NCBI GenBank assembly: GCA_037133055.1
Contig: JBAXOY010000075.1
Span: forward strand, 1-15,432
Direction of reading: 5' to 3'
DNA length: 15,432 nucleotides
Source of the DNA: Chlamydiota bacterium
Lineage (GTDB): Bacteria; Auribacterota; Tritonobacteria; UBA1439
The notes under the pieces: generated by a model
Seen by the model: only the letters and a program-made list of their open reading frames with translations
The model's database searches: none
What the model was told of the DNA's origin: nothing
Translations under genes and position numbers: made by a program
Shown here: positions 15,285-15,432 of the stretch, in pieces
Numbering within the stretch: the first letter of the stretch is position 1
Layout: the number at the start of each line of letters is the position of its first letter

Positions 15285-15336
15285 GGGACAGTCCCTCCTG
15301 TCGCGCCGGTCGATCCGAGATAGGGCGCTTTTTAAC

Positions 15337-15345
15337 AGTATAGCA
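15337..15345 (-). promoter_or_regulatory. Extended -10 promoter element for the TPR-MBL genes
   Basis: Minus strand TGcTATACT about 52 nt upstream of the ATG; no clear -35. Confidence 0.5.
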
Positions 15346-15432
15346 CAACGGGGATGCGGGGCGATAATCCGTGTGCCGCCGGGTGACGTAAACTCTTTTA
15401 TGCAAATTCAAGATAGGGGCTCCTGTGGAGTG

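Noticed and set aside
1..15432. CRISPR array, tRNA/rRNA, transposase or integrase
   Set aside because: No regularly spaced repeats, cloverleafs or recombinase motifs were seen.

Overview
GC-rich bacterial chromosomal window with 14 complete protein genes and probably the first 3 codons of a 15th, all on the minus strand. In transcription order (right to left) there are three blocks. (1) An exported TPR protein and a YycJ/WalJ-like MBL-fold hydrolase. (2) A three-gene operon: a membrane-anchored zinc-ribbon/tandem OB-fold protein, a short archaeal-type TctA (DUF112/COG1784-like) permease without TctB/TctC, and a YdjM-family membrane metal-dependent hydrolase with a large insertion. This is the most unusual part and is a candidate nucleic-acid uptake module. 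(3) An envelope-stress/chaperone cluster: ECF sigma, zinc-finger anti-sigma, two HtrA proteases (one with catalytic Asp to Asn), BatD-like protein, MoxR AAA+, DUF58, a degenerate parvulin lipoprotein, a second BatD-like protein and probably a vWA/BatA gene beyond the left edge. The intergenic regions are highly structured: a ~170-nt rod-like RNA candidate, a possible attenuator leader, and small palindromes that appear inserted into repeat elements. Family calls come from motif recognition by eye; no searches or folding programs were run.
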